DNA from: Eledone cirrhosa
Lineage: Eukaryota
Length of the DNA: 64,000 nt
NCBI GenBank assembly: GCA_964016885.1
Contig: OZ024740.1
Coordinates: 340,566,001 to 340,630,000, forward strand
Direction: 5' to 3'
Position 1 is the stretch's first letter; every line of letters begins with the position of its first letter. The notes beneath the pieces were generated by a model that saw nothing but the letters and a program-made list of their open reading frames with translations, had not been told where the DNA came from and ran no database searches. Below, piece by piece: positions 23,272-35,689 of this stretch. The position numbers and the translations under genes were made by a program.

Positions 23272-23570
23272 TTTGATGCTAAAAATAATGTTGTGTGCAT
23301 GGTTGTTGATTCTCAACATCCTGTAATAATTTAGTAGAAAATATCTCAAAACAGGTATATTAATTAGTTCAAATATTTATAGAATCTCTACTAGTGGACA
23401 GATCAAAAATGTCTTGCTAATGCAATTTTGTGATACAGGGCATTATGAGTTAATATATATAAATACATATGGTGAAAAAAATAAGTGACATAGGGGTGAA
23501 ATAGTATGGTAAATTGTGCAATAAATACTATGAGATAGGCTTGAAAAGAGGCCAAGAACAAACTAAATAG

Positions 23571-24270
23571 ATGAGGATAAGAAGCAAGAAATGTATATGG
23601 AATGATAGCAGTACACTTATCCTTACTCTTGTAGAAAAGAAAGAGGCAAGGAAGTGCTATTATGAGAGACTGCTGAATGAGGAGAATGTATGGGAGAGTG
23701 ACGTTCTACCCCAAGTAAACCAAAGTGAGGGATTAGCCATCAAAGTTGGCAGCATGCTAGGTAAAGTGATTAAAGATATGAAGGTAATCAACACAGCTGG
23801 CTCACCATAGATAGTCACTAGGATGATTAAAATACCCAGTGAAGTAGGACACAGGTTAATTGCTGTCAACTGCTACAAGGACAACGATGATGCACTTGAG
23901 AAATGCAATTACAGAAGTATCAAATTGTTAGACACAGTTGTGAAGGTCGCAGAAAGAATGATAGCACATAGCTAAAAGTAAGCCATTATACCTAACATTC
24001 ATTGATTTGGAAAAGCCTTTGGCAGAGTTCCAGACCTGTAATTTGGTGGTGGTTGTTAAGGAAGCGAGGGATAGAGGAATGGCTTGCGAGGGTTACTTGA
24101 GCAATGTACAGAGGTGCAGCAATGAATAGAAAACAAGTGGGAGACTATCAAGGCTCGGTCCTCATCCCCCTCCTGTTTATTAGAGTCCCCCAGGACATAT
24201 GATTGTCAATGGAAACACCTATATACTGATGATAGCAAATCCATAGAAGAATTAAAGAAATTCTAGGTTA
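23571..24270 (+). mobile_element. Decayed RTE RT fragment
   Basis: CYYERLLNEENVWE, VNCYKD..DAL...NYRSIKLLD, DLEKAFGRVP, QGSVLIPLLF, LYTDD, with deletions. Confidence 0.85.
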
Positions 24271-24294
24271 AGTACTAGGGAGAGAGGGGTCTAG

Positions 24295-24760
24295 GAAGCA
24301 CGAGGGGCATATACATGCCTAGTTTCTCTTTTAGCTACAATTGTTCTCTACTTCCACCATCTGTTTTCCAATCTTTCCAAACCTGTCTCTTAGCTTTTTA
24401 GCTTTTATGATTTTACCAAACTGTTCCACCACCATGTCACCTGTCTGAACCTTGCCCTAACCACAGAGCCAGTATGTAGCTTGCAGTAAGTTGTCACACT
24501 CGGAGTTCCCAGTTGTCTTCTATGTTATTGGGTTTTATCTCCTCTTCCTCTATGTCAAATGCTTCAACTAGTATGTCTCTAAATCTTCCTACTCACCACC
24601 ATCAGCAGAATTGGTTTCCTGCCGGTGTGAGCCTCGCGAGCTGGAATGGCTCTTCCAGTGCTTCTCCCTCATCATCCTCTGGGGAAACTCCTTCTCTATT
24701 CTGTCTGCTGGGGATGCGTGCAGCCAGTGCGTGGGCCCCCATTTGCTCACAATAGTAACA
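24295..24760 (-). mobile_element. Decayed RTE fragment (endonuclease-RT linker), inverted
   Basis: Minus strand reads RQVTWWWNS...AKRQVWKDWKTDGGSRE, compare RRVTWWWNS...AKKQAWKAWRDGGSRE in the full element. Confidence 0.8.
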
Positions 24761-24991
24761 GATGGGGAGAGCGGGAGAGACGGAGGCAGTAACAGTGGGA
24801 GTTTGGTTCCTTTGTGTTTGGACCTGTGTCTATATGTGTATATTAAAACGTATATGTTAGATTTAAAGATGTATCATTTTTCACGATATAGTCCGAAGGG
24901 TTTTGTGAGAGAAAACTGTTTGATGGCTCTTTAAGCTTCTTTCATATTCTTCTACAAACTTTCTTAGCTTTTTAAGTCTGTCTAGCACTTA

Positions 24992-25671
24992 CTGTATATA
25001 CTTGAATATAATCTGATCTGAATATAAGCTGACGGCCCCTATTTTATGCATGAGAAATGGGCTAAAATCTTTTATAAGCCATAGCAACTATTTAACACAT
25101 TATGTTTAGATGGTGTGGTTTTGAAATTCTCATGATTATAAAATATATTTATGAAGTATTAATATTTTTATATTTATGTCGTTTAGAGTATAGTTTTTGT
25201 TTCACAACTCCATTACATAACGAGTATCCATTACATTAAGTTTTAATAAGTTTCTCAAATTTTTGTTTACGTCTGGTCATTCAAAAGCAAGGGACAGCAA
25301 ATGAGAGAGGAGAGGCAGAGAGAAAAAAAGGGAGGGTGAGAGCGAACGTGAGCAACAAAATCAAATCAAAATCAAATATTGTCAGAGAAAAAACATGTAT
25401 GTGTGTGTGCTTGTGTGATGCATGGGATATTTATGCATTAAAAAGTTCAAATCACAGAGATTTCTTGAAAATATTTTCAAGGCAATGCATAAATAACACC
25501 AATGACAATATAGTAAATGCAGAAAAAACAGGGATATTTTAGTACCTTATTTATATAGAATTTGAAGTTGGTGAAAATCATTAAATCATTGACACCAAAT
25601 ATAAGCTGGCCCCCATTTTAGGATTGATTTTTTGGTCACATATTTCTCGGCTTACATTCGAGTATATATAG
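24992..25671 (-). mobile_element. Tc2/pogo-like MITE, copy 2 (inverted relative to copy 1)
   Basis: TA|ctgtatatacttgaatataa...cttacattcgagtatatatag|TA; internal sequence reverse-complementary to 2665-3262. Confidence 0.75.
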
Positions 25672-26104
25672 TAATCTGAAGTCACTAATATCCTTTCCTT
25701 TTCTCTCCATGCAAACTAAAGAAGGCTGTACATGTATAAATTTGTGAATCAAAATTATTTCCTCCAACAGACTAAATCCTTTATTCAATTTTTACTTGAA
25801 TATATCTACACAAGTGGGGCCATATCCTATGAAATAGAATATAGCCATGTCAATACAGGCCCAATCAACAGACTTTAATATCTAAAGTGATGAGGTCCCA
25901 ATGAGGTTTTAGTATAGCTGAATGTATGGTGTGAAATGATGCTATTACAATGGTTATGCAGAACAAATAGCAACAGTGTGAAAGGGGGTTGGGGTTATAC
26001 GAGTTAAAGTTTAGATTTAGAAGTGAAAAAATAGATGAAATTGGTGGAGACATTAAATAGATGATTAGAAATATGAGCAGTGGAACAGTAATTGCTTGTT
26101 TATA

Positions 26105-26472
26105 CTATTTAGTATGTTCGTTAGCATATTTCTAATGAAAGGCATTGCATATGATTTTCAAATAATTCTGAAAATAATCAAGAATTTGGAAGAATTTAAT
26201 GATAACTAACTTTCTCATTATTAAGCTAGTGTTTGGAACATAAGAGTTCTTACACAAAATTTGATGGAAGGTTTTAGCATTTAAACGTCCAGAATTCTCT
26301 AACCTCTTTCTGTTCAAACTGGCTGCTCATACTGATGTTAAGGTATTGTTATCAAAATAAATAACATCAAAATCTCGTAGATTCAATATTATGTGAGATA
26401 ATTATGTAAGATAAAGCCTTTACCATGAAAATATAATAGTATATATAGAGTAACATAATGCTAAAGGGTTAA
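26105..26472. mobile_element. TTAA-type MITE sequence (probably two adjacent or nested pieces)
   Basis: Family body at 26120-26280 and terminus gctaaagggttaa at 26460-26472. Confidence 0.55.
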
Positions 26473-26707
26473 AACAGTTTTACATTGTAGAAAGGGCAGT
26501 TTCAAGTGTAAAATGAGAAAACTTCATAAATGACCAGGTAACCGTAATTCTGGTATGGCTCGAAGAGAGATAAGAATTTTCAATCAACCAAAGACAGGAA
26601 GATCTTAGTTTTCATGTGTAAATTGATTGGAGAGAGAAGTGTCAGAAATGATATGCAGGATATATTCATGTCAGTATGGAAGAGTCAACTCAAAAACAAT
26701 GACCATA

Positions 26708-26709
<2 letters not shown>

Positions 26710-26772
<63 letters not shown>

Positions 26773-27144
26773 AGTTAATATATATTAATATATGATAAAC
26801 ACATACGTGTTTGCATTGTAAGAGACAAAGTTAGCTAGAATGAAAACATATTTAGGTTTCGAAGTTCAAATTCATCTACGGAGCAGGTTTGGATTTTGAA
26901 ATTTAAATTTGTCCAGGAATCACGGCTTTTGCCAATATAAGCTTGTCTTTATTGACTTATACCGAGACAGACAAATTGTATTCATTTTTATTAGTTTAAT
27001 TCATTCTAGCTAACTTTGTCTCTTACAATACAAACATGTATGTGTTTATCATATATTAATATATATTAACTTGTATTTCACTGCTCGGAAATGCTTCTTT
27101 CTTTGAGCTGATTAATTGTAAATGACTTTGAGTTTAAACTCTAA

Positions 27145-27184
<40 letters not shown>
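26710..27184. repeat. (TA)n-embedded insert with a 76-bp inverted repeat
   Basis: (TA)n at 26710-26770 and 27150-27184. Arms at 26769-26844 and 27000-27075 are reverse complements with 2 mismatches. Confidence 0.92.
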
Positions 27185-27187
<3 letters not shown>

Positions 27188-27377
27188 AAGGCTTCTACAG
27201 GACTAGAACTGTTTTATTCAGGAGAAATCATCATATATATATATACTCATTTTATTAAGGCTAAATAGTAAGCCTTGTTACTCTGGAGTTTTGCCTGCTT
27301 CTCACAGGATACACACCCAATGTTGGAATAGAATCAATATTTATAATTTCTATATGTGGCCAGTGAAATGAAAGGAA

Positions 27378-28232
27378 ATCATCATCCTCAATAGTTTTAC
27401 GTCCACTTTTCTATGCTTGCATGTGTTAGACAGGTCTTTTGCAGCAGAGCCTGCCTGCATTTGTTGTGTTCCGTTGCCATTTCCCCTGTGAGATTTAGTC
27501 AAGTTTTCCTTTATTCAGCTTTCTCCCACTGGGATGTCTTAGTACTTCTTCACTCGATGGTCATCATCTATATGCATCACATTACCACACTAGTGCAATA
27601 TTCTCTCTTGCACATTTAATCTAATTCCTCTATACCCAGTTTTTCTCTCAGCTCAACCATACTTCACTTTTCATGCACATTAACGTCACATATCTGTTGG
27701 AGCATACTTCCCTCATTTCTCCACTGCCTATGTCTCACTACCATGCAGCATCGCACTTCACAAACAGGCACCATACATCCAGCTTAGCTCCCTGAACTTT
27801 TTCCATCCTGTTCTTATCCTAGCTACTATGCTCTCAGTGCAACCTCTTTCAATGCTAATTAGATCACCTAGGTAGCAGAAGCTATCAATCACTTCTATGA
27901 ATCTTTCCAGGGATTGGAAAAAGTTTATTTCACTGATGGTCTTACTAACAACCATCTCTGTACATCAGCCACATAGAGCCAACTTTTTCTGTTAGTCTGC
28001 CTTCTATCCCTCTACACCTCTAGCGTACCTAAGATTCTACTTATTTAGCAATGATACTTCCTTGATGAGATCAGATATCTGTTTTCTTTCCAACTTACTA
28101 AACTTTGCTAAGTATACTCTAGATCCTTTTGATACTAAGTTCTGTTTCCACCACAGAAATTTCTCCTTAAGCCCTTCCAAAGATTTAGCTATAAGAACCA
28201 GGTCATCAGAATATAAGAGTTCCCATGAATCA
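27378..28232 (-). mobile_element. Decayed RTE 3' half
   Basis: SWELLYSDDLVL, IEVIDSFCYLGDLIS...ESIVARIRTGWKKFRE and the RTE 3' terminus, all on the minus strand. Confidence 0.88.
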
Positions 28233-28790
28233 GCTTGTGTGCAAGGGAGAAGACTACACTAATACAGACATGATATGTATGAAGGATGGCAGTTGGTTAA
28301 AGAAGTGCTAAATGATCCAAGTAGAAGTAACCTGCAGAAGAGGAAGATCAAGAAAGAAACGGTGAAGGCTGATCTCAGAATCCTGAACCTCATGAAGGCC
28401 TAAGACATGGCCAATCCATGCAAGCACGGAAAAACATGGAAAATGATAGTGATGAGCTGAATGAGATTAAATATTTTATCATTTGGCAGGTGTAGAGTGC
28501 CAGGTCCATTTCCTGAGAGAGAGAGAGCAGAGCTGAGCCGAGAGATCAGGGAGTCGCTCCAGGTAGACCCGTTACTTCTCTGAATTGAGACACCACAGTT
28601 CCAATACTACAGACAAAACCAATTGGCAGGAGACACAGGGGTAGATCCCAAGCAAGATGGTTGGTCTCACTTAGGGATCCAGCCAGATTAATTGGAGACA
28701 ATTGCTTCTGACAGGACCTGCTGGAAGGCATGCTTGAAGACTCTGACCCTCCCAGGATTAAGTGGGCAAAGGAGGAGGAAAAGGAGAAGA
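28233..28790 (+). mobile_element. Two adjacent decayed RTE 3' fragments
   Basis: CVQGRRLH...TCRRGRSRK plus terminus, followed by KPIGRRHRGRSQARW. Confidence 0.65.
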
Positions 28791-28794
28791 AGCA

Positions 28795-28960
28795 GTTATA
28801 GGCCTTTACGTTCTGAGTTCAAATCCAGCCAAGATCAACTTTAGCTTCCATTCTTCCAGTGACCCCCCCCCCCCCCCCCAAACAAAAAGTACGAGTCATG
28901 ATGTAATCAACTTTTCCCTCCCCACAAATTATTAGCCTTGTGCTTCAATTGAATCATTAT
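28795..28960 (+). mobile_element. Partial Meta-core SINE with an internal poly-C tract
   Basis: ttctgagttcaaatccagccaagatcaacttt...agccttgtgc. Confidence 0.6.
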
Positions 28961-29084
28961 TTGGCAAGTTTAAATTGAAGCAGTAGGATATAAAAAAAGG
29001 AAGAGGTGGATGATGGTATGATAGAAAGCAGATGATGAGAAGTCTTGAATGCATATTGTGTTACTGGTGTTATGATATAGCCTA

Positions 29085-29230
29085 GCTAAGATATATAGGA
29101 CTCCCGGATTCCATCAGAGAAGTGGCCTTGCTCGACGTGTAGAAAAGGAATAAGTAAAAACTCTATATGATGTTCATAACATAAATCTTGAGTACATAAG
29201 AGGTAATGTAGGATAGCAGGCAGACTAACA
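29085..29230 (+). mobile_element. Old RTE fragment covering the PHD finger
   Basis: LAK...IPSEKWPCSTCRKGISKNSI...VHKR...IAGRLT. Confidence 0.75.
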
Positions 29231-29629
29231 TATACTTCTTTATCAAATTTACTTGGTTATAGAGCAGAGGAAAAAAAGAAGTTAATGGTGGGGTGGAAAA
29301 TAACTGAGTAATTCACATTGGTGAACTTCACTTCTCTCATAAAACAATAAAGCAGAATACTTATGATCTTTTATTAACTGAGGATACTAAGGAAGTTACT
29401 GAAGCACCTAGAATTTTGTAGCAAGGTGCTTACCAAATTGATTTTTCAAAAAAAGGGGCCTGTGTGTATAGAACAAGGAATCATGCAATTAGAATATAGA
29501 TTTGAAAATTCTATAATATAACATGAGGTGAAAATTAGGTGGAGTATATATAGAGTATACTTTATATGAAAATTGCTACACAAATACTCACATTACTATA
29601 TACAAGCACACTGACATTTATATATACAT

Positions 29630-30715
29630 ATATCATCATTTACCATCCGCTTTTCCTGCTAGCAAGAGTTGCACAGGTCTACTTAGATTGAGTCGATACT
29701 GAAGCGGGACTACTGACCTCCTAGACTGGCTGAGGGGTCTATATCCTGCTTACGTAGTCATATTGAGTGCAGAGGAGAAAATGTCATCCATTAAAATGCA
29801 CCCAGTATACTCTGTAAAGTGGTTGGTGCTAGGAAGGATATCTAGCTATAGAGAAGTTAACATAAATGGAACGTACAATTGAGAAGAGGTCCTCCAATCT
29901 GATACAAATGAACAAATCATTTATAACACAAATTTCAGGAAACTGACAAGTCATCTGGTCACATAAAAATCAGGCAAAAACGCAAGCCAGATTGATTTTT
30001 TACTTGTAAGATGAGATAGATGGACAGTAATAAATACTAAGGTTTTTCCAGAGGAAGAAGGTATCGTCCAACACATCAGTATAAACACAAGATGAAACAA
30101 AATATGCATGAAACTATGGAGGCGGAAGGTTTGGAAGCTAAAGGACCTTTTTGTTGAAGATAGGCCCTACAGGATGCAATTGATGAAAGGAGAGACGAGT
30201 TAAATTCATATGATATAGAGGACAATTAGAAATTCTTACGTGACAATCTATTGCAAACTACTGATGTGACTTGTGGCTGGAGCAAAGAGCCAAGCATACA
30301 GGGGTGACCAAGTGGTGGAACAGCAATACATAGCTTGGATCAGAGACATGAAGTGTGTTGAAAGAGGTCTTGAAATGTTACTATGAGAGGCTGATGAATG
30401 TAGAGAATAAATGGGAAGTAGAGAGACTACCCCCAACTTACATAACAGAGGGACCAGCTATTGAAACTGACAGTTATAGGGTCAAAGAAGCAATCAAGGA
30501 GATGAAGAATGGTAAAGCCACAGGACCATCAGAGATAGTTGATAGCTGGGTGAAGAAGTGCCAAGAAATCCCAATGGAAGGAAACTGCTGAAGAAGTATA
30601 CTTAGGAAGACCTGGGTGGAGGTGGTGAGAGCTGATCACAAATCACTGAGACACACAAAGGAGATTATGAAGGAATGCAACTAGTGGAGAGATGCAGTGC
30701 TGAAAAGGACCACTC
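29630..30715. mobile_element. Composite of RTE-tail element (minus) and multiply deleted RTE fragments (plus)
   Basis: NTNFRKLTSHLVT, VTKWWNS, KCYYERLMNVENKWE...ITEGPA...MKNGKATGPSEIV, RKTWVEVVRAD. Confidence 0.75.
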
Positions 30716-31084
30716 TTGGTTCTACAAGACATGTCTATTTGTGTTAAAGTGTTTATATTTATTTTAAAAACCTCTCATAATTTTGTGTAAAAACTTTTAT
30801 GAAGTTATGCTTTAAACATCAGCTTAATAATGAAAAAGTATTTTATTAAATCCCTCCAAATTCTTGATTTTCAAAATTATTTGAAAATTACAGGCACATG
30901 ATATGAACACAGAAACCAAACAGAATAGGGTTTGCTGACATCATGGAAATATATACCTGAGCTGTAGCCCTGGTTTCCTAGATACGACACATATACACGT
31001 GTGCGTTGATTTATATCTATATACCTCTCCACACACACACATGTATAAATGTCTTTGGTAGTTATGGATAGATCCAGAACTACC

Positions 31085-31410
31085 AAAAATTTATCTTCAA
31101 GAACTTGGAGGTTTTCTTAAACAAAAATATCTTTTGAATTTAATAGATGACAGAATCAAAAAGGCAAAGAAGCAGGGTATATCTAAACTTAGGACTTCTA
31201 GACAAAAATTTGAGGAAGATATTATTCCATTTGTCTACTTATGATTGAAGAGTACAAAACATATTTGTCACCATTAAGACAAATCTGCCAATCCTGATCC
31301 AAAACATAAAAACGAAAGATCTAGTGAAAGAAACCTTAATTATCAAAAGCAAATGCCAACCAAAGAACCTTAAAAACAAATCACAAGGGCAAAATTTACA
31401 TCAGTAGGAT
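31085..31410 (+). mobile_element. Probable Penelope-like element fragment (region between RT and GIY-YIG)
   Basis: LQEL..FLKQKYLLNLIDDRIKKAK....KLR......IIPFV...SKCQPKNLKN...RAKF resembles the L..RGYP...I.KA / IPFV.TY / RQP.NLK..L.RAK linker of Penelope ORFs. Decayed. Confidence 0.55.
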
Positions 31411-31859
31411 GAAAGAGCATGGGAAGGATGGCTGCAAAAGGTAGAAAGATGTAACAGTCCGTTCCATCACCCTCTCCTCACCTAATCTTCCCCCTCCCAC
31501 ACCAACCTAGTCCCCAACCCGCAATCACATCCCTGACTCCTACTCAAAGATGGATGCACCTTTACTGTACTACCAGATGCTGATTATTCACTATTTCACT
31601 TCTTCACCCCAAAATCACCCTATAACCCAACACTTACTCTCCTTTCTCCTCTCAAATTTATTACTGAATTTCCCTCTTCTTTGCCCAACCCTGCCAGCAT
31701 GAAAAGCCAGGCTCACCCCACTATACTGCAAAATGTAATTCACTTCCCTCAAGGCTACCCCTTCCTACATGAGCTAATACCAGGCAGCCTAAACCCTGCT
31801 TTCATCCCAACCAAACAAAGGATACAAGTGCCCTAGAGCGGAAATGTAATTTCACAATA

Positions 31860-33480
31860 AACTGTATTCAGCCCACACTGCCGGTCCCATAAAATGCATT
31901 CAGCCCAAACTGTAAAGTGGTAGTGCTGGTGCCAAAAAAAAAAAAAAAAAAAAGCCCTCAGTCCATCCTGTCATGTAGTAGTAGTGGTGCCACAAGACAC
32001 AATCATCTGATCTGCCTGTATAGCCTCAGAGTGTAACAACCCATCTAACCCATACAAGCATGGAAAATAGACATAAAATGGTGATGATGTTGCTGTTGAT
32101 ACACACACACACACACACACATATATTATATATATTTAATGGACATGTTGGGAAAACTGATGATTTCCCTGGTGTCCATGGAGGTTTTGTGTTTAGTACA
32201 AGAAGTAAGGAAAGATCAAGGTTCCTGAATTTCTGCAATGGCTATGATCTAACTATCTGCAACACTAACCGCAGAAAACCAGCTAACTGCTTGAATACCT
32301 AGTCAGACAAGCACACTGGCCAGATAGATTTTATTCTTGCCAGAAGTCAAGAAGACTGATAGTTATGAACAAAGTCCCTCCCAGGTGAGGAGTGCACCCC
32401 CCAATGTAACCTAAAAGTGAGCAATTTTAGAGTTAGAACCAGATGAACACTGAGACAAAAGACAAATTGGAGATCATCATGGTAGCTAAGGGAGACCTCA
32501 ACTGGTATCAAATTCAGGGATGCCCTGCTTGATATTTATGACAGTAAGGAAGAGGAATTATAGATTTAAAACACAAAAAAGCCATGAGGATTCCTGAGAT
32601 AATCTGCTGACAAGATCCATAGTTGGAGCAAGGTCACAGGAAGGTTGAGTGTATCATAATAGTGGAATCGTAGGGTGGACAAGGCAATTAAAACTAAGAG
32701 ATTAGGAGGGAGGCCAGATGCCAAAAAGTTAGTGCATATCCTACACAGTGAGGACCAAGGCCTGAAGTGTTCTGAGTTGCAAGGCAGTGTATTACGAAAA
32801 ATTAAAATGTCATTGGGGAGAAGTGTGTCTGAAATGACAGCCCTCTTTGTAAAGTGGTAGTGCTGGTGCTATGATAAGATACACCCAGCCCTGGTGCCAC
32901 AATAAAAAAAAGCTTCCAGTTCACCCTGTAAAGGTGGTAGTGTTGGGGCCATGCCAAAAAGCACCCAATCTGTCCTGTGTCCTGTAAGGTGGAAGTGCTG
33001 GTGCCATGACAAAAAAGACCCTGTCTACCTTGTAAGATAGTAGGGCTGGAGTTACAATAAAATTCCAACATATGCTGTAAAGTGGTTGGTATTAGAAAGA
33101 GCAGCCAGCCATAGAAACCAAGCAAATAAAATGGAGCTAAACAGTGATGACAATGATCATATATATATATATATATTTTTTTTTTCACTTAAATTTAATA
33201 TATATAAGGCACATATAAGGCTTAGTGGTTAGAGCATTGGGCTTGCAATCGAAAGGTTGAGAGTTCAATTCTCGGACAGGGTGATGTGTTGTTTCCTTGA
33301 GCAAGACACTTTATTTCACATTGTTCCAGTTTACTCAGCTGTAAAAATGAGATGATAGGACTGGGGTCCCTATCATTCCACTGCAAAGTGGTCGTGGAGG
33401 TGCCATGGCAAAAAAGCACCCAGCCCACACTGTAAAGTGGACGTGTAGGTGCCACGGACGTAAAACGGCGATGATGATGA
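31860..33480 (+). mobile_element. Cluster of RTE 3' UTR modules and a decayed RTE endonuclease/linker fragment
   Basis: FNGHVGK...GVHGGFVFSTRSKERSRFLNFC...LTICNTN at 32136-32300, plus several arrays of the gtgcca..aaaaagcacccag.ccacactgtaaagtgg module and RTE termini. Confidence 0.8.
33205..33370 (+). mobile_element. tRNA-derived SINE (CORE/V-like)
   Basis: ggcttagtggttagagc (A box), gagttcaattctc (B box), ccttgagcaagacacttt core. Confidence 0.8.
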
Positions 33481-33794
33481 TAATATTGCTTCTCTGAGTG
33501 ATTCTACTCATTAAAGATGTTTAGAGACTAATTAACCTCTAATTAATATTAAACTAACTAGCAGAAAAACTTGGTTTTCTGCTAGCATGTGTAGTGTGTA
33601 TATTGATATTATACGCAGGTATATATACATGTAGATATGATACATCAAATAAAATCGTAATTGACAATATATAATACATAGAAATTGAACGAAGACTGCG
33701 TTACAGTCTTATTTAATCAGTAACGTAATCCATGATACATTAAAAAAGACGATATTATATATAAACTGCATTAGGAGAAAATTAGTATGTTTAT

Positions 33795-33822
33795 TTAAGC
33801 GATGGCCAACCGGAAGTGTTGA
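33795..33822. promoter_or_regulatory. Candidate housekeeping-type promoter element (ETS site CCGGAAGTG next to a YY1-like GATGGC)
   Basis: gcgatggccaaccggaagtg in a short, apparently repeat-free stretch with retained CpGs, upstream of the known exons. Motif evidence only. Confidence 0.4.
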
Positions 33823-34394
33823 CATTTCAGAAATTTTAAAGAAGTGAATCTAAATAAACAAAATATATTTAATCAACAGCCACGAAATTTAGTAGATAAA
33901 TTATGTAATATTCATTCATTATTTATTCAAAGTAATCCAACTTATTTTACTAATGGGATAAAAAATTATAAACCGTACGAAGTCCTGCGCTCCTTACTTT
34001 ATTATAGTTTAGATTCTTAATTTGTTGAGTTGTACTGGACGGTCTTTTGGCTGCTATTTCCAGCAGAATTATAAGCCTGTTGCATAGTCCTAATATGTTA
34101 AGAGAATTTTGATCATGTAATATTTTTACTACACAATGTGATTTTTTGTTCAGCATGCTGCTTCGGCAAATGAAACAGTATGTATTATTTCTTAAACTCC
34201 CCTGATGAGTATTGCGGATTCTTCAATTATTGGTGGTTCCAATAAGAATTCTTCTATAAAGAAAGCCAGCTTAAATAAAATATTGTTTTTGTCTATCTAG
34301 TTAGTGCTCCCATTTAAATTTAATACATAATATTGCTTCTCATATATAAGTTTTGATTTCAAAATTAGGTGTGTCGGTTACAATGATAATGTTG

Positions 34395-35520
34395 CATTTC
34401 TCTGTAATCTCTTCCGTAACCTTCAGCGATTTGAGATCAGCTTTCACCACTTCCATAGTCATTCTCTACTGCAACTTCCTTCCACTGGGAGCACTAGGCC
34501 CTTCTTCACCCAGCAATCATCATCCACGTGCATCATATGTCCACACCAACACAGTTTCCTTTTCTGCACACTACATTTGAATCCTCTTATACCCAGTTTG
34601 TCTCTCAGTTCATCCATGCCTTGTTATTCTCATACATTAACATTGCACATCCACCAAAGCATGCTTGCCTCATTTCTCTCAAGCCTTTACATGTCCTCTG
34701 CATTAACTGCCAATGTCTCACTATAACGCAACATCACACCGCACATAGGCATCATACAGTTGACCTTATCGTAAGGAGAAACCTTTTGTAGTCAACAGAA
34801 GAAGCAGTTTCCTAAATTTCTTCCATCCTGTCCTTATTCCAGCTACTAAGCTCTTGGAGCACCCTCCTCCACTGTTAATTATATCGCCTAGGTAACAGAA
34901 GCTATCACCTACTTCTATGGACCCTTCCTGGAACTGGAAAAGGACCAGATCATCAGCATACAGAAGTTCCCATGGGTCACCAGTCTTTAATTCTTCTGTT
35001 ATGGCCTGAAGGACTAGGATAAACAGAAGTGGGTTAAGAATTGAACCCTGATTCATTCCTAGTTGTTTAATTCCACATTAAACTCACTCAATATTGTCAC
35101 TTTATTTATAGCCTTTCTGTACACGACTTGCACTGCTTTTACAAGCTATTCTTCTCTATCTAGTTTCCTTAAGGATCACCAGATGACTAGTTGGAGTACT
35201 CTGTCAAAAGCCTTTTCTATATCAACAAAAGCTAAATATAGTGGCTTATTCTTGGGTTGGAACTTCTCTTTTAGTTGTTTCAATAAGAAGAGGACACTTG
35301 TAGTACTTTTCTCACGCACAAAACCGAACTGCATCTCATCTAATTAGACTCCTTCCCTAATTAGTTGTCCTAGACCTCTTTCTGTCACTTTCATAACTGT
35401 TAGTTTTATTCCCCTGTAGTTGCTCCTTTCTAGAGCATCACCTTTTCCCTTCTAACAATTAATGATTATGCTGCTGCACCAGTCATTGGGTATTGCCTTG
35501 TCATATATTATTTCATTAAC
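34395..35520 (-). mobile_element. Decayed RTE RT and C-terminus
   Basis: NYRGIKL, LDEMQFGFV, FVDIEKAFDRV, NQGSILNPLLF...PWELLYADDLV, DSFCYLGD...GWKKFR on the minus strand. Confidence 0.92.
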
Positions 35521-35689
35521 TTATTAGCATTTACATTACTCTGTAAAATGTCATGTTCATTTATTTACATTATTTCTTGTGCCTAAAGTAGAAACAATTA
35601 TTTTCAGTTAAACATATTCAAGAGGGTTATCAATTATATTTGTTAATTTTCTATGTACAGACTTGAAATTTTGTCAGGAGGTGCTTAAA

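Noticed and set aside
26543-26615. Minus-strand MKTKIFLSLVD*KFLSLFEPY, faintly like an RRM start
   Set aside because: In-frame stop and poor spacing; probably chance.
30957-31020. Minus-strand INQRTRVYVSYLGNQGYSS|GTATAT as the missing RNP2 exon
   Set aside because: Phase-compatible and vaguely RNP2-like, but about 14 residues short (no helix 1), with weak splice sites in a degenerate (TG/TA) tract. Worth one check against transcripts.
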